A program made the translations under genes and the position numbers. A stretch of 63,494 bases of DNA, counting the filler, from Diploschistes diacapsis (lineage: Eukaryota), in the NCBI GenBank assembly GCA_023645945.1. It is 27 parts of 27 records of this genome, joined end to end, with 100 filler letters (N's around TTAATTAATTAA, not from the genome) between each part and the next. Parts side by side here need not be neighbours in the genome. Positions count along the whole stretch, not along the records: positions 62,491 to 63,494 come from JALAIB010004346.1; 26 more parts are not named here. The stretch is one strand, 5' to 3'. The number at the start of each line of letters is the position of its first letter. The stretch's first letter is position 1. The notes beneath the pieces are model-generated. The model did not search any database, had not been told where the DNA came from, and worked only from the letters and a program-made list of their open reading frames with translations. This document shows positions 62,491 through 63,494 of the stretch, in pieces.

Positions 62491-63056
62491 GATAAAAACA
62501 GTGATTTGAGGTAGCCGGATTCTGGGGGTGGCCGGACTCACCGTCAAACACGTTATGATTCTTTATTAAATGTGATCGAACTACGAAAGATTAATAAAGA
62601 ATTTAATCAAACGTTGCGAGCCGTTTTAAAATTAATTAATCCGATTTGACGTTATTCGAGTCGAGTAATCCGTATGTTTAAATCGACGTATATTAAGTTT
62701 ATAACGTTTCGTAAAGAAAATCGAGAATAAAAAACGCTTCTTAATAATCGTAAAAAACGTAAATTAAGTAAACGAATAGAATTAAAAGATCGTTTTATGT
62801 TTAGTATAGACGAAGTTCTTGAGATAATAATTCGGGTTAAATCGAGTCGGATAATTTCGAAACGATTTATAACTCGTAAAAAATGTCGTCGCATTTCTGA
62901 AATCGAGAAGGATGAAAAGGAAGAAGATAGATTCGATTTAGATCGATTAGATTCTGATTGCGACGAATAGGTTGTATTTAAAAACCGTAGAATGTTAGCG
63001 GTAATGATTTGAGGTAGCCGGACTCTGGGGGTGGCCGGACTCACCGTCAAACACGT
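62491..63056. mobile_element. Two nested family B ends (62491-62553 inserted into 62556-63056)
   Basis: Two ...CCGTCAAACACGT-TA termini. The first sits at a TA inside the second copy and has different subterminal sequence. Confidence 0.8.
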
Positions 63057-63494
63057 TATTAAGATTTTGCTTAATTTTTTCGAAAAGTTAATTAAGTTTG
63101 ATTAACGTTTATTATATGTAAGGGTTCTTTTTGGCCTTAAGGGCCTCGTTTGTATTAGAATTTCTCGTTAATAAGTCGATCATTACGTTCTTTATTCCGG
63201 AACGATATTAGATCTTAAAGTCGAATTAAGATAAAAATTCCGCCTATCGAGCTTACCTACGGTTTAATTGTTTATTCGTAATGAAATATTCGAAAACCTT
63301 ATGATCGATTAGTATTAAAATAGGCCGATTAATTAGAAAAATTAATAATTCGGGTTTTTATTTCTCGAAATATTTTATTATAACGAGCATTTTTTTATCG
63401 TATATCGTATAGTTGCGTTAGGCCGGATCTATATTTTTAAATAAATAAACCACGGGTTATAATAGGCCGTTATCGGTTTCTTAAGATAAGATAC

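Overview
This window is fungal (filamentous ascomycete, Pezizomycotina-like) and is not one continuous locus. It is 27 contig pieces joined by 26 identical artificial 100-bp spacers (N44-TTAATTAATTAA-N44). Two ~17.85-kb contigs (8885-26740 and 37917-55761) carry ordinary intron-containing genes. The first has FKBP12, histidinol-phosphatase, an EXPERA protein, an AlcS-like transporter and an Argonaute. The second has an Rco1-like double-PHD protein, a Cdb4/PA2G4-like protein, an EEP-family phosphoesterase, D-amino-acid oxidase, Ecm14, a Syt1-like Sec7-PH ARF-GEF and the start of an agmatinase-like gene. The ~1-kb contigs are mostly RIP-degraded nested transposons: copia and chromoviral gypsy fragments, at least five LTR families, Fot1/pogo-type DNA transposons, and a ~680-bp non-autonomous TIR element built from tandem repeats. 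One short contig is an extremely GC-rich aldo-keto reductase fragment. I found no rRNA, tRNA, CRISPR array or coherent new multi-gene system. The most interesting signals are CpG-sparing RIP, RIP-spared LTR promoters with a conserved TCACGTGA box, the repeat-built element with stacked right ends, a divergent Argonaute with a long leader, and an EEP enzyme that appears to lack its first catalytic motif. All gene models were spliced by eye and no database searches were run.
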